The notes under the pieces were generated by a model that was not told where the DNA came from, searched no databases, and saw only the letters and a program-made list of their open reading frames with translations. Below, piece by piece: positions 36,328 through 44,189 of a stretch of 44,189 nt of DNA. Source of the stretch: a bacterium (lineage in GTDB: Bacteria; Patescibacteriota; Minisyncoccia; UBA6257; JAGOQP01). Each line of letters opens with the position of its first letter. Position 1 is the stretch's first letter. Location of the stretch: the NCBI GenBank assembly GCA_021814445.1, contig JAKAIF010000003.1, positions 1 to 44,189 of the forward strand, in the 5' to 3' direction. Position numbers and translations under genes: made by a program.

Positions 36328-36822
36328 ATGAAAATTTTAGGCATTGATCCAGGAAGTACCCGTGCAGGATATGCGGTTATTGAGTATGAATCCTCACATA
36401 AAAAACCAATCCTTATCACCGCGGGAATTTTACATACCCAAAGTGCCAACAAGAACGAACTCCTTGCCGATTTATTTACTTCATGCACCCACCTCATAGA
36501 AACACACCACCCCGACATTGCTGGTATTGAAACCCTCCGATTCGCAAAAAATGTAAGCACAGGAATTGAAGTCGCTCAATCGCGTGGCGTACTTATTTGC
36601 ACAATCGTGCAACACCAGATTCCTCTCTATGAATTCTCTCCGTTAGAAATAAAGCAGGGGATGACGGGGTATGGAAACGCAGACAAACACTCCATCACCC
36701 GCGCCGTGCAACAAACCCTTGATGCCTCCCTGTGCGCAGGGCAACCAGATGATGTTTTTGATGCCATCGCAATTGCGCTCGTGACAGCATACGCGTATAA
36801 AAATCTAAAACAAAGAAAATAA
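36328..36822 (+). CDS. ruvC: Holliday junction resolvase RuvC
   Basis: ILGIDPG, AQSRGV, IK..TGYGNADK, DD..DAIAIA. Confidence 0.96.
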   Translation: MKILGIDPGSTRAGYAVIEYESSHKKPILITAGILHTQSANKNELLADLFTSCTHLIETHHPDIAGIETLRFAKNVSTGIEVAQSRGVLICTIVQHQIPLYEFSPLEIKQGMTGYGNADKHSITRAVQQTLDASLCAGQPDDVFDAIAIALVTAYAYKNLKQRK

Positions 36823-36958
36823 TACACACATTATTTTTCAGCTACCCACAGACGCCTTGATAGGGTTGACAATAAAAAAATTTTGACTATATTGCTATCA
36901 TTATTATCAAATTATTATATGGGAGTGTATTTTATATCACTCCACAGCACCACACACC

Positions 36959-37234
36959 ATGACTACAGACATATTATCTCCCGTGCAACTTCGCACCCCT
37001 CTTACTCGTAACATCGCAGATGATGACGAAGACAACGAAATGGATCGCGAAGACACCACGCGTGACGAAGAAGATGAAGATGATGATGGATTGTTACACG
37101 ACATCAACGACGATCAAAAATTCAAAGATGAGGATGACCTTATAGATGGAGATATTGATGATGAAGATGAGGAGGTTATTGAAGAAGACGAGAGTGATAC
37201 AGAAGATGATTATGGAGATGGAAGAGAAAAATAA
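36959..37234 (+). CDS. Extremely acidic small protein
   Basis: About 43 of 91 residues are Asp/Glu; upstream TTGACA-16-TATATT; downstream hairpin AAAATCGCTGG..CCAGCGATTTT. Confidence 0.7.
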   Translation: MTTDILSPVQLRTPLTRNIADDDEDNEMDREDTTRDEEDEDDDGLLHDINDDQKFKDEDDLIDGDIDDEDEEVIEEDESDTEDDYGDGREK

Positions 37235-37300
37235 AAATCCATATGATAAAATCGCTGGCAACCCCAGCGATTTTTGTTATATACTGAATGCACACATACT

Positions 37301-39385
37301 ATGGATACACATACCCCACACCATCGCCCTGTTTGGCGATATATAGGATTTATTGCGCTTGCACTCGCGCTTGCAATTGTTGTTGAAATTATTCTTGTGA
37401 TTAAAGACCTCCCTCATCCTGAAAAACTCAACACCTTTCAACCTGCACAATCAACAAAAGTATATGATCGCACCGGAACCGTTCTCTTATATGAAATACA
37501 CGGAGATCAAAGCCGCACCGTGGTAGATATTAATAAACTTCCTCCGTATATAAAACAAGCAACCATCGCCGCAGAAGATCAAACATTTTATGAACATTCT
37601 GCGCTTGATTGGAGGGGAGTTATCCGCTCGCTTTTTGTGGATATTACCACAGGAGACTTTAGCCAAGGAGGGTCAACCATTACCCAACAACTCGTAAAAA
37701 ATGTATTCCTCACTAATGAGAAAACTATCCAGCGTAAAATAAAAGAAGCGATTCTTTCATATTGGCTTGAACAACAATATACCAAAGATGAAATTCTTTC
37801 CTTCTACTTAAATCAAATACCCTATGGGTCAAATAGTTATGGTATTGAATCTGCAAGTATGCGTTATTTTGGAATCCCCGCATCATCACTCTCTATCACC
37901 CAAGCCGCAACACTTGCTGCAATACCCAAATCTCCTACCTATTATTCACCGTGGGGGACTCATGCCGCAGAATTAAAACAGCGCGCAGATTATATTATTG
38001 GAGAGATGCACACCCTTCATTATATAACCGACCAACAATTCACTGAGGCACAAAAAGAAAAGTTAACATTCCTCCCTCAAAATATCGGTGTTATTAAAGC
38101 CCCTCACTTTTCTCTCATGGTAAAAGATCAACTTTCACAACTCTATGGAGATGAGGTGGTTGAAAAAGGAGGATTAAAAGTACTCACCACGCTTGATTGG
38201 AAGTTACAACAAATTGCCGAGCAGGCGGTACAAGATGGGGTAAAGCGTAATACTGAATTGTATGCCGGCACTAATGGTTCATTTGTTGCGCAAGATCCTA
38301 AAACAGGACAAGTGCTCGCGCTCGTGGGATCAGCTAATTATTTTGATAAAACAATTGATGGAAATTTTAACGTAGCCGCGCAAGGATTACGACAACCAGG
38401 ATCTACCTTCAAGCCATTTGTATATCTTTCCGCATTTGAAAAAGGATATACCCCTGACACGATTGTGTTTGATGTCCCCACAAACTTTAATACAAATGGA
38501 GATCCTCACTACGACTACACACCAGAAAATTATGACGGCACATTTCGTGGCCCTATTTCTTTAAAAGAGGCTCTTGCTCAATCCATCAACGTACCTGCGG
38601 TAAAGACGCTATATCTTGTAGGCCTTCCCACCGCATTACAAACCGCTCATACACTTGGTATATCTACTCTACAAGATCCGTCCCGCTATGGACTCTCACT
38701 CGTGCTCGGAGGAGGGGAAGTAAAACTTATTGATATGGTTGAAGCATACTCGGTATTCGCCCAAGATGGCATTAAACACGCTCAATCACTCATTCTCTCG
38801 GTACAGAATACAAAAGGAGAGTCTTTATATACCTACAAAGACTCCGCAGAGCAAGTTGTTGACCCCTTATATCCTCGCATGATTAATGCAATCCTCTCAA
38901 GCGCCTCTCTGCGCTCTGGGTTGTTTAGCGCGAGCCTTCCCCTTACGGTGTTTGATCCATACACCGTAGCGCTCAAAACAGGTACCACAAACGACTATCG
39001 TGATGCGTGGACTGTGGGATACACTCCTTCACTCGTCGCAGGTGTATGGGTGGGAAACAGTAATAATAAACCCATGCAACAAAAAGGAGGAAGTATTCTT
39101 GCCGCACTTCCTATCTGGAGCGCGTTTATGAAACAAGCGCTTCCTGAGTATCAACCAGAATCATTTCCAACTTATACCCCAACCCCCTCAGATGTTCCTA
39201 TGGTAAATGGAACATATGACGCCTCTAAACAGGTGCACAATATTTTGTATTATATTAATAAAGACAAGCCCTCTGAATTATTACATACCCCTTCACAGGA
39301 TCCACAATTTTATAATTGGGAACAACCCGTGCTTCAATGGGCACAACAAAATATTCCAAACTTCACTACGGAATATAACAAATAA
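37301..39385 (+). CDS. Class A penicillin-binding protein (PBP1A family)
   Basis: AAED..FYEH, GGSTITQQLVKN, RKIKE, QPGSTFK (SxxK), SIN, KTGT. Confidence 0.95.
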   Translation: MDTHTPHHRPVWRYIGFIALALALAIVVEIILVIKDLPHPEKLNTFQPAQSTKVYDRTGTVLLYEIHGDQSRTVVDINKLPPYIKQATIAAEDQTFYEHSALDWRGVIRSLFVDITTGDFSQGGSTITQQLVKNVFLTNEKTIQRKIKEAILSYWLEQQYTKDEILSFYLNQIPYGSNSYGIESASMRYFGIPASSLSITQAATLAAIPKSPTYYSPWGTHAAELKQRADYIIGEMHTLHYITDQQFTEAQKEKLTFLPQNIGVIKAPHFSLMVKDQLSQLYGDEVVEKGGLKVLTTLDWKLQQIAEQAVQDGVKRNTELYAGTNGSFVAQDPKTGQVLALVGSANYFDKTIDGNFNVAAQGLRQPGSTFKPFVYLSAFEKGYTPDTIVFDVPTNFNTNGDPHYDYTPENYDGTFRGPISLKEALAQSINVPAVKTLYLVGLPTALQTAHTLGISTLQDPSRYGLSLVLGGGEVKLIDMVEAYSVFAQDGIKHAQSLILSVQNTKGESLYTYKDSAEQVVDPLYPRMINAILSSASLRSGLFSASLPLTVFDPYTVALKTGTTNDYRDAWTVGYTPSLVAGVWVGNSNNKPMQQKGGSILAALPIWSAFMKQALPEYQPESFPTYTPTPSDVPMVNGTYDASKQVHNILYYINKDKPSELLHTPSQDPQFYNWEQPVLQWAQQNIPNFTTEYNK

Positions 39386-39426
39386 GTATTAGGTAGTACG
39401 TATTAAGTATTAAGAAAACCACTCCT

Positions 39427-39456
39427 ATAAAAAATCACCTTATGGTGATTTTTTAT
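39427..39456. terminator. Bidirectional terminator flanked by heptamer repeats
   Basis: TATAAAAAATCACC-TTAT-GGTGATTTTTTATA between convergent PBP and dnaN genes. Confidence 0.7.
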
Positions 39457-39495
39457 ACTCATACCTCACAACTAAATCCTATATACTCATTTAGC

Positions 39496-40617
39496 TTAAT
39501 TGCTTTTTATTGATGTAAGGATGTATGTGTACGAGGTATCGTCGGGAATCCGTATCACACTTGGTTTCTGTTCATTATTCAACCCAACAAATATATTTTC
39601 TGTTTTTATGTTTCGTATTCCATCTAAAATAAATCGCCAGTTAAATGATATTTGCATGGGTTGTCCTTTCGCTTTTACCGAAAGCATATATTCACTTTCA
39701 CCAAATTCGTGACTTGAAGATATAAGCTTCATATATTTCATATCTTCATCAAGAATTAAACGTACTTCATATAACCTATTTGAAAGTGAGCTGGTTAATT
39801 TCAATGCTGAAATAATATCTTCTTTCTTCACGGTCATTTCCACATCATATGAAGAGGGAATCACCATTTCATAATCAGGGAATTTTCCATTAATAAGCCG
39901 CGAAATAACTGTTGTTTGTTCATTCGCAAACATAATTTGATGTTCATCTACTGCGACCGTAATGGTGTCTTGTTTCTTTCCTGAAAAAATACGTAACACT
40001 TCTTGAATAGTACGCAGGGGAACGATAAACGAAAATTCACGATTAAGATTTGTTTTTATTTTTTTATTTATAATTTCTTGTTTTGCAAGACGAAAACTAT
40101 CCGTTGCCACAATTCTCATATTCCCTTCTTTAAAGTGAAATAAAATTCCACTTAATTCAGGACGAAAATCAGATATCTGACACGCCACACTTACACTCGC
40201 GAGTGCATCCAAAAGCACTGAGGGGTCTAAGGTAAATACAGAATCTTGTGTAGTAGCAATATGAGGGATAATAGGAAAATCATCTGGGGGAGTTGTGGTG
40301 ACTTTCGCTTTATAATTATCAGCGGTAATAAGAAATGAAGTCCCTTTTAATTCTAGGGTAACTCGTTCAAATGCAAGATTTGAAATAATTTGAGTAAATA
40401 CTGAATAAGGAACCGTCACAACTCCTTTTTGAATTATCTTTCCTGGAATCTTGTGCACCACTCCAATTTCTAAATCAGTTGAAGAAATATAAATACCATC
40501 ATCTTTTGCGTCAATAAGAATATTTTTTAAAATAGGAAGTTGTGTATTCTCTCTTTTAATTCCTCCAAGAATCGCAAGCGCCTCTTTTAAATTATTTTTT
40601 AAAATAATGATATTCAT
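39496..40617 (-). CDS. dnaN: DNA polymerase III beta clamp
   Basis: LPILKNI, TDLEIG, RPELSG, VATDSFRLA, SRLINGKFPDY. Confidence 0.97.
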   Translation of the reverse strand: MNIIILKNNLKEALAILGGIKRENTQLPILKNILIDAKDDGIYISSTDLEIGVVHKIPGKIIQKGVVTVPYSVFTQIISNLAFERVTLELKGTSFLITADNYKAKVTTTPPDDFPIIPHIATTQDSVFTLDPSVLLDALASVSVACQISDFRPELSGILFHFKEGNMRIVATDSFRLAKQEIINKKIKTNLNREFSFIVPLRTIQEVLRIFSGKKQDTITVAVDEHQIMFANEQTTVISRLINGKFPDYEMVIPSSYDVEMTVKKEDIISALKLTSSLSNRLYEVRLILDEDMKYMKLISSSHEFGESEYMLSVKAKGQPMQISFNWRFILDGIRNIKTENIFVGLNNEQKPSVIRIPDDTSYTYILTSIKSN

Positions 40618-40703
40618 ACCAGGTTATAATTTGTTTACTATTTTTATTTTTTCTTAAAAGTTTTTATTAGATACCCTATAAAAGAGTGCCGTAGTGTGTC
40701 TTC

Positions 40704-40839
40704 TATATAGTATATTAATATAATTAGTAGTAGTTGTAGTAGGGGGGTGTGGATAAGTGGATAACGTGTATAAAGCTTTATTTTCCGCTGATTTTTGAAT
40801 ACTTTTGTGTATGCGATTTGTGTATAACTCTGTGAATAT
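40704..40839. other. oriC unwinding region (AT-rich tract, DnaA-trios, G-tract, DnaA boxes)
   Basis: TAG TAG TAG TTG TAG TAG (40725-40742), GGGGG, TGTGGATAA 40748-40756, GTGGATAA, TGTGTATAA 40819-40827. Confidence 0.9.
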
Positions 40840-40848
40840 CTTTGGGAA

Positions 40849-42231
40849 TTATGAGGATTGATTTTTGTTAATCATTTCCTTTAATAAGATGATTTTTTGG
40901 TTCAATGCCTTATTTGTCGTGATTTCAAGCGCTACTTTCTCATATGAGTGGATTGCGGTGGTATGATCACGCTTACCCATCTTATCCCCAATATCAGGGT
41001 AGGACATCCCCAACATATCCCGGAGAAGAAACATGGCTACTTGGCGTGGTCCCACTACTTCTTTACGGCGGGATTTATTAATAAGTTCACTTGCACTAAT
41101 ATCAAAGAACTGAGACACACACTTCAAAATTTGGTTTGGGTTGATGTTTGCCATAGTTTGTTGGATAGTGTTGGTGATCATTTCTTCCGCGGTTTTTACA
41201 TCCACCTCTTGTCCACGCACTTCTTTATAAAATTGTAGTTTATTAATAATCCCTTCTATTTCGCGTATATTCCTCTGTATTTTTGAAGCAATCACATTAC
41301 ACACTTCGTCTGAGAATGAAAGATTTTTTTCTTGTAATTTATTTTTTATAATTGCAAGTTTCATTTCATAATCGGGATACGTCACATCTACAATCATACC
41401 TCCTTCAAAACGGGAGCGGAGACGATCTTCTAAGGTAGGGATAGCCGAGGGCGCGCGGTCGGACGATATGATAATTTGTTTATTGTTCTGGTAGAGAATA
41501 TTAAACGTGTGGAAAAACTCTTCTTCACTACGTTCTTTTCCTCCAATAAACTGAATGTCGTCAATAATAAGTACGTCTATATTACGATATTTGTTCTTCA
41601 CATCATCCATGCGTTTGGAACGAATAGCCCACACCACATCATTCACAAAGCGTTCTGAAGGGACATACTTTACGCGTACTCTATTATGATAGTTCTTTAT
41701 GATTTCGTTGCCAATTGCCTGAATCAGGTGGGTTTTTCCTAGTCCGGTGCTTCCATATACAAATAGAGGATTGTATTTCTTTCCAATGTCTTTGCTTACT
41801 GCGGTAGATGCCGCAAACGCAAGTTCGTTTGAAGATCCCACCACAAACGTATTGAAGGTATATTTTGAATGAAGATTTGTTTCTGGATCTGCGGCAAATT
41901 CTATAAATCCAACCTGTTGCTCGGGGTGTGGTTTTTTTTCTTCTTTTTCTTTTTCAAATATTTTTTTCTCAAGCGCCTCTCCAGTGAGCACAATATATTC
42001 AACACGATGGATGGTATTATCAAGAGTCTGGAGAATATCAAGAATGCTCTTGTTATATTTTGATTGAATCCACTCTTTCGCGAAATTATTATGTACTCCC
42101 ACAATAACCGTGCCGTTTTCTGGGTTTCTTTCCACAAGACGGCTATTTTTAAACCAGGTAAGAAAATTTGGTTTTGATATTTGTAATTCTATTTCTCCCA
42201 ATGTTTTCTCCCACAGTGTTTTTAGTTCCAT
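40849..42231 (-). CDS. dnaA: Chromosomal replication initiator DnaA
   Basis: YTFNTFVVG, YNPLFVYGSTGLGKTHL, IIDDIQF, RLRSRF, RDHTT. Confidence 0.99.
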   Translation of the reverse strand: MELKTLWEKTLGEIELQISKPNFLTWFKNSRLVERNPENGTVIVGVHNNFAKEWIQSKYNKSILDILQTLDNTIHRVEYIVLTGEALEKKIFEKEKEEKKPHPEQQVGFIEFAADPETNLHSKYTFNTFVVGSSNELAFAASTAVSKDIGKKYNPLFVYGSTGLGKTHLIQAIGNEIIKNYHNRVRVKYVPSERFVNDVVWAIRSKRMDDVKNKYRNIDVLIIDDIQFIGGKERSEEEFFHTFNILYQNNKQIIISSDRAPSAIPTLEDRLRSRFEGGMIVDVTYPDYEMKLAIIKNKLQEKNLSFSDEVCNVIASKIQRNIREIEGIINKLQFYKEVRGQEVDVKTAEEMITNTIQQTMANINPNQILKCVSQFFDISASELINKSRRKEVVGPRQVAMFLLRDMLGMSYPDIGDKMGKRDHTTAIHSYEKVALEITTNKALNQKIILLKEMINKNQSS

Positions 42232-42341
42232 ACGCGGTTTTTTGGCTATATTATATTGAATTTTTTATACAAATCCAGCACTCAAAATAGGAATCTTTTG
42301 TAAATCGTTTCTATTGTAGCAGAACGAGTTTTTTTAGATAG

Positions 42342-42379
42342 TGTGGATAAATAGGGTGAAGTGGATAACGTGTGTACAA
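42342..42379. promoter_or_regulatory. DnaA boxes upstream of dnaA
   Basis: TGTGGATAA 42342-42350, AGTGGATAA 42360-42368, TGTGTACAA 42371-42379. Confidence 0.8.
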
Positions 42380-42478
42380 AGTATATAGCGCACCGCACTT
42401 TTTGTTTTAATGGGTATCGTGGGGTGTTTATTTTACAGACCTGTTGAAATTGTTGTTTTTATTTGCTACTCTCTTTGC

Positions 42479-42625
42479 ATGTCAGTAACCTATCAGCCAA
42501 AAAAGAAAAAGCGAGCACGCACGCATGGATTTTTGAATCGTATGCAGACTCCTACGGGACGAGCGGTATTAAGCCGACGTCGCGCAAAAGGAAGAAAGAA
42601 ACTCACAGTCACCAAGTCAAAGTAG
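42479..42625 (+). CDS. rpmH: 50S ribosomal protein L34
   Basis: [34 protein letters not shown]. Start ATG 42479. Confidence 0.97.
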   Translation: MSVTYQPKKKKRARTHGFLNRMQTPTGRAVLSRRRAKGRKKLTVTKSK

Positions 42626-42651
42626 ACGGGGTAATTTAAATCTTCTCTCAT

Positions 42652-42975
42652 ATGCTCGCAAAGAAAAACCGCCTTACTGCAGGATTTTTTCGCACTCGTG
42701 TGCGTCACATAGCCTCGTTTGTATGTGGTTCCGTTTCAGTTCGGGTGTATCCTGCGAGCACAAAATTGTTTCGATGCGCGGTCGTGGTTCCGGTTCGTGT
42801 TGCAAAAACCGCCGTTTTGCGCAACTCTATTCGCCGCAAAATATATGAGTTAGTACGAGGACACATAGCGGAGCTTCCTACTGTTGATGTGACTTTCTTT
42901 GTTTCTCGTGCTGATACCGTGTATGATGATACACAGAGTGCTATAAAAAAGATCATATCTGAACTTAATACTTAA
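42652..42975 (+). CDS. rnpA: Ribonuclease P protein component
   Basis: ML.KKNRL; VAKTAVLRNSIRR (RNR-like motif); synteny. Confidence 0.9.
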   Translation: MLAKKNRLTAGFFRTRVRHIASFVCGSVSVRVYPASTKLFRCAVVVPVRVAKTAVLRNSIRRKIYELVRGHIAELPTVDVTFFVSRADTVYDDTQSAIKKIISELNT

Positions 42976-42995
42976 TACCTAATACTTAATACTAA
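42964..42995. repeat. Heptamer tandem repeat (CTTAATA)n
   Basis: CTTAATA CTTAATA CCTAATA CTTAATA CTAA; reverse-complement relative at 39383-39414. Confidence 0.7.
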
Positions 42996-43002
42996 TTCTT
43001 TC

Positions 43003-43734
43003 ATGTCTTCACTTTTTCATAATGTCTTATATCTTCCTCTTTTGAATTTGTTGTTTTTTATATACAACATTTTCTTTTCTGATTTGGGTATCGCTATTAT
43101 CATCTTAACTATTATCATCCGTGTGATACTACTCCCCATCTTTTATAAGGGAGCGAAAGATCAGACTATTATACAGAAATTAGCTCCTAAAATTAGAGAA
43201 ATTCAGCAAACTCATAAAGACGACAAGCAGGAACAAACCAAGAAAATGCTTGCGTTATACAAGGAGCACAAAGTGAATCCATTTTCTAGTATTGGGTTGT
43301 TGTTATTACAGCTCCCTATTTTATTTGCTCTGTATCGTCTCTTTTTGGGTGGATTTGGCGATGATGTATTATCACAATTATATTCATTTGTGGCTCGTCC
43401 TGGGGTAATTAATTATCATTTTCTTGGGGTTATTGCATTGAATGAAAAAAACATTATACTCGTACTTATCGCGGCGGTATTTCAATACTTACAGACGTAT
43501 TATCTTATGAAGGCGGCGGCAAGTAAAACGCCTGCGGTACCCGACGAGAATCCTGCGATGGCAATGGCGCAAAAAATGTCTAAACGCATGATGTATTTTG
43601 CTCCTATTCTTACGGTATTGATTTTATCAGGACTTCCTTCGGCGATTGCGTTATACTGGCTAACAACTTCTGCGTTTTCTACCGTACAGCAACTCGTTAT
43701 CAATAAGAAGATTCAAACAAATCCAATTTCATGA
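43003..43734 (+). CDS. yidC: Membrane protein insertase YidC
   Basis: GIAIIILTIIIRVILLP, LYKEHKVNPF, QLPIL, ALYW. Confidence 0.95.
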   Translation: MSSLFHNVLYLPLLNLLFFIYNIFFSDLGIAIIILTIIIRVILLPIFYKGAKDQTIIQKLAPKIREIQQTHKDDKQEQTKKMLALYKEHKVNPFSSIGLLLLQLPILFALYRLFLGGFGDDVLSQLYSFVARPGVINYHFLGVIALNEKNIILVLIAAVFQYLQTYYLMKAAASKTPAVPDENPAMAMAQKMSKRMMYFAPILTVLILSGLPSAIALYWLTTSAFSTVQQLVINKKIQTNPIS

Positions 43735-44183
43735 GCACTACTGAAAACACATTTCAAGAAATCAGAGAACTCATAGAGACGCTGGTGCGGACTATGGGGT
43801 TTCGCGACGTTTCTATTTCGTTATATGAAGAGGGAAAACGATTCTCAATATTTATTAATGACGCGCCATTTCTTGAACGGTATCTTTCTTCCTTTGTATC
43901 TGATTTGGATTATATGTTGAAGATGGTTCTTAAGAAGAAAGGATATGAATTTGTGTTTATTGATGTAAACAATCACCGTAAAGAGCGGGAAGATTTATTA
44001 ATAAAACTCGCGCGCGCCGCGGCAAAAAAAGTTTCTATTACCAAAAAAGAAATTACTCTTCCTGCCATGAATGCATTTGAACGAAGAATTATTCACGCAG
44101 AATTAGCAACGAACCCAGATATAAAGACAGAAAGCATGGGAGAGGGGAGGGACAGAAAGGTGGTGATAAAACCATTAGAATAG
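43731..44183 (+). CDS. jag: Jag/EloR-like R3H domain RNA-binding protein (short)
   Basis: DVNNHR, LPAMNAFERRIIH, TESMGEG..R.VVI; synteny after yidC. Confidence 0.85.
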   Translation: MSTTENTFQEIRELIETLVRTMGFRDVSISLYEEGKRFSIFINDAPFLERYLSSFVSDLDYMLKMVLKKKGYEFVFIDVNNHRKEREDLLIKLARAAAKKVSITKKEITLPAMNAFERRIIHAELATNPDIKTESMGEGRDRKVVIKPLE

Positions 44184-44189
44184 CCGATA

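Noticed and set aside
1-44189. Alternative genetic code (UGA=Gly)
   Set aside because: Conserved genes are full length under code 11 and TGA serves as a stop (folD, yidC)

Overview
A 44.2-kb chromosomal segment spanning the replication origin of a small-genome bacterium. Gene content, shortened core proteins, pilin-rich loci and a single Xer suggest Patescibacteria/CPR (Parcubacteria-like); this is inference. Genes read through normally in genetic code 11. The right end is the canonical origin cluster (dnaN-[oriC]-dnaA-rpmH-rnpA-yidC-jag) with DnaA boxes and DnaA-trios, and two perfect parS sites lie about 6 kb away. Most of the rest is housekeeping: LCP, folD, glyA, tatD, metG, M16 peptidase, glyQS, recO, pnp, rpsO, xer, hppA, ftsH, obg, yraN, yebC, ruvC and a class A PBP. 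There are three tRNA genes: Leu-UAG, Val-UAC and a rare Ile-UAU. The most unusual layer is several families of short palindromic elements. CCCCG...CGGGG hairpins sit beside all three tRNAs, one next to a stand-alone GIY-YIG nuclease gene. A 44-bp perfect palindrome occurs in two full copies and one partial copy. Heptamer-repeat inverted elements fill stop-to-start spacers, and hairpins appear inserted in-frame in protein genes. Also present are a one-gene islet at tRNA-Ile, a five-gene VirB2/TrbC-like pilin array behind an orphan solute-binding protein, a prepilin-LamG gene, and orphan expression cassettes with Shine-Dalgarno sites among near-leaderless core genes. No CRISPR array, rRNA, transposase or reverse transcriptase was seen.
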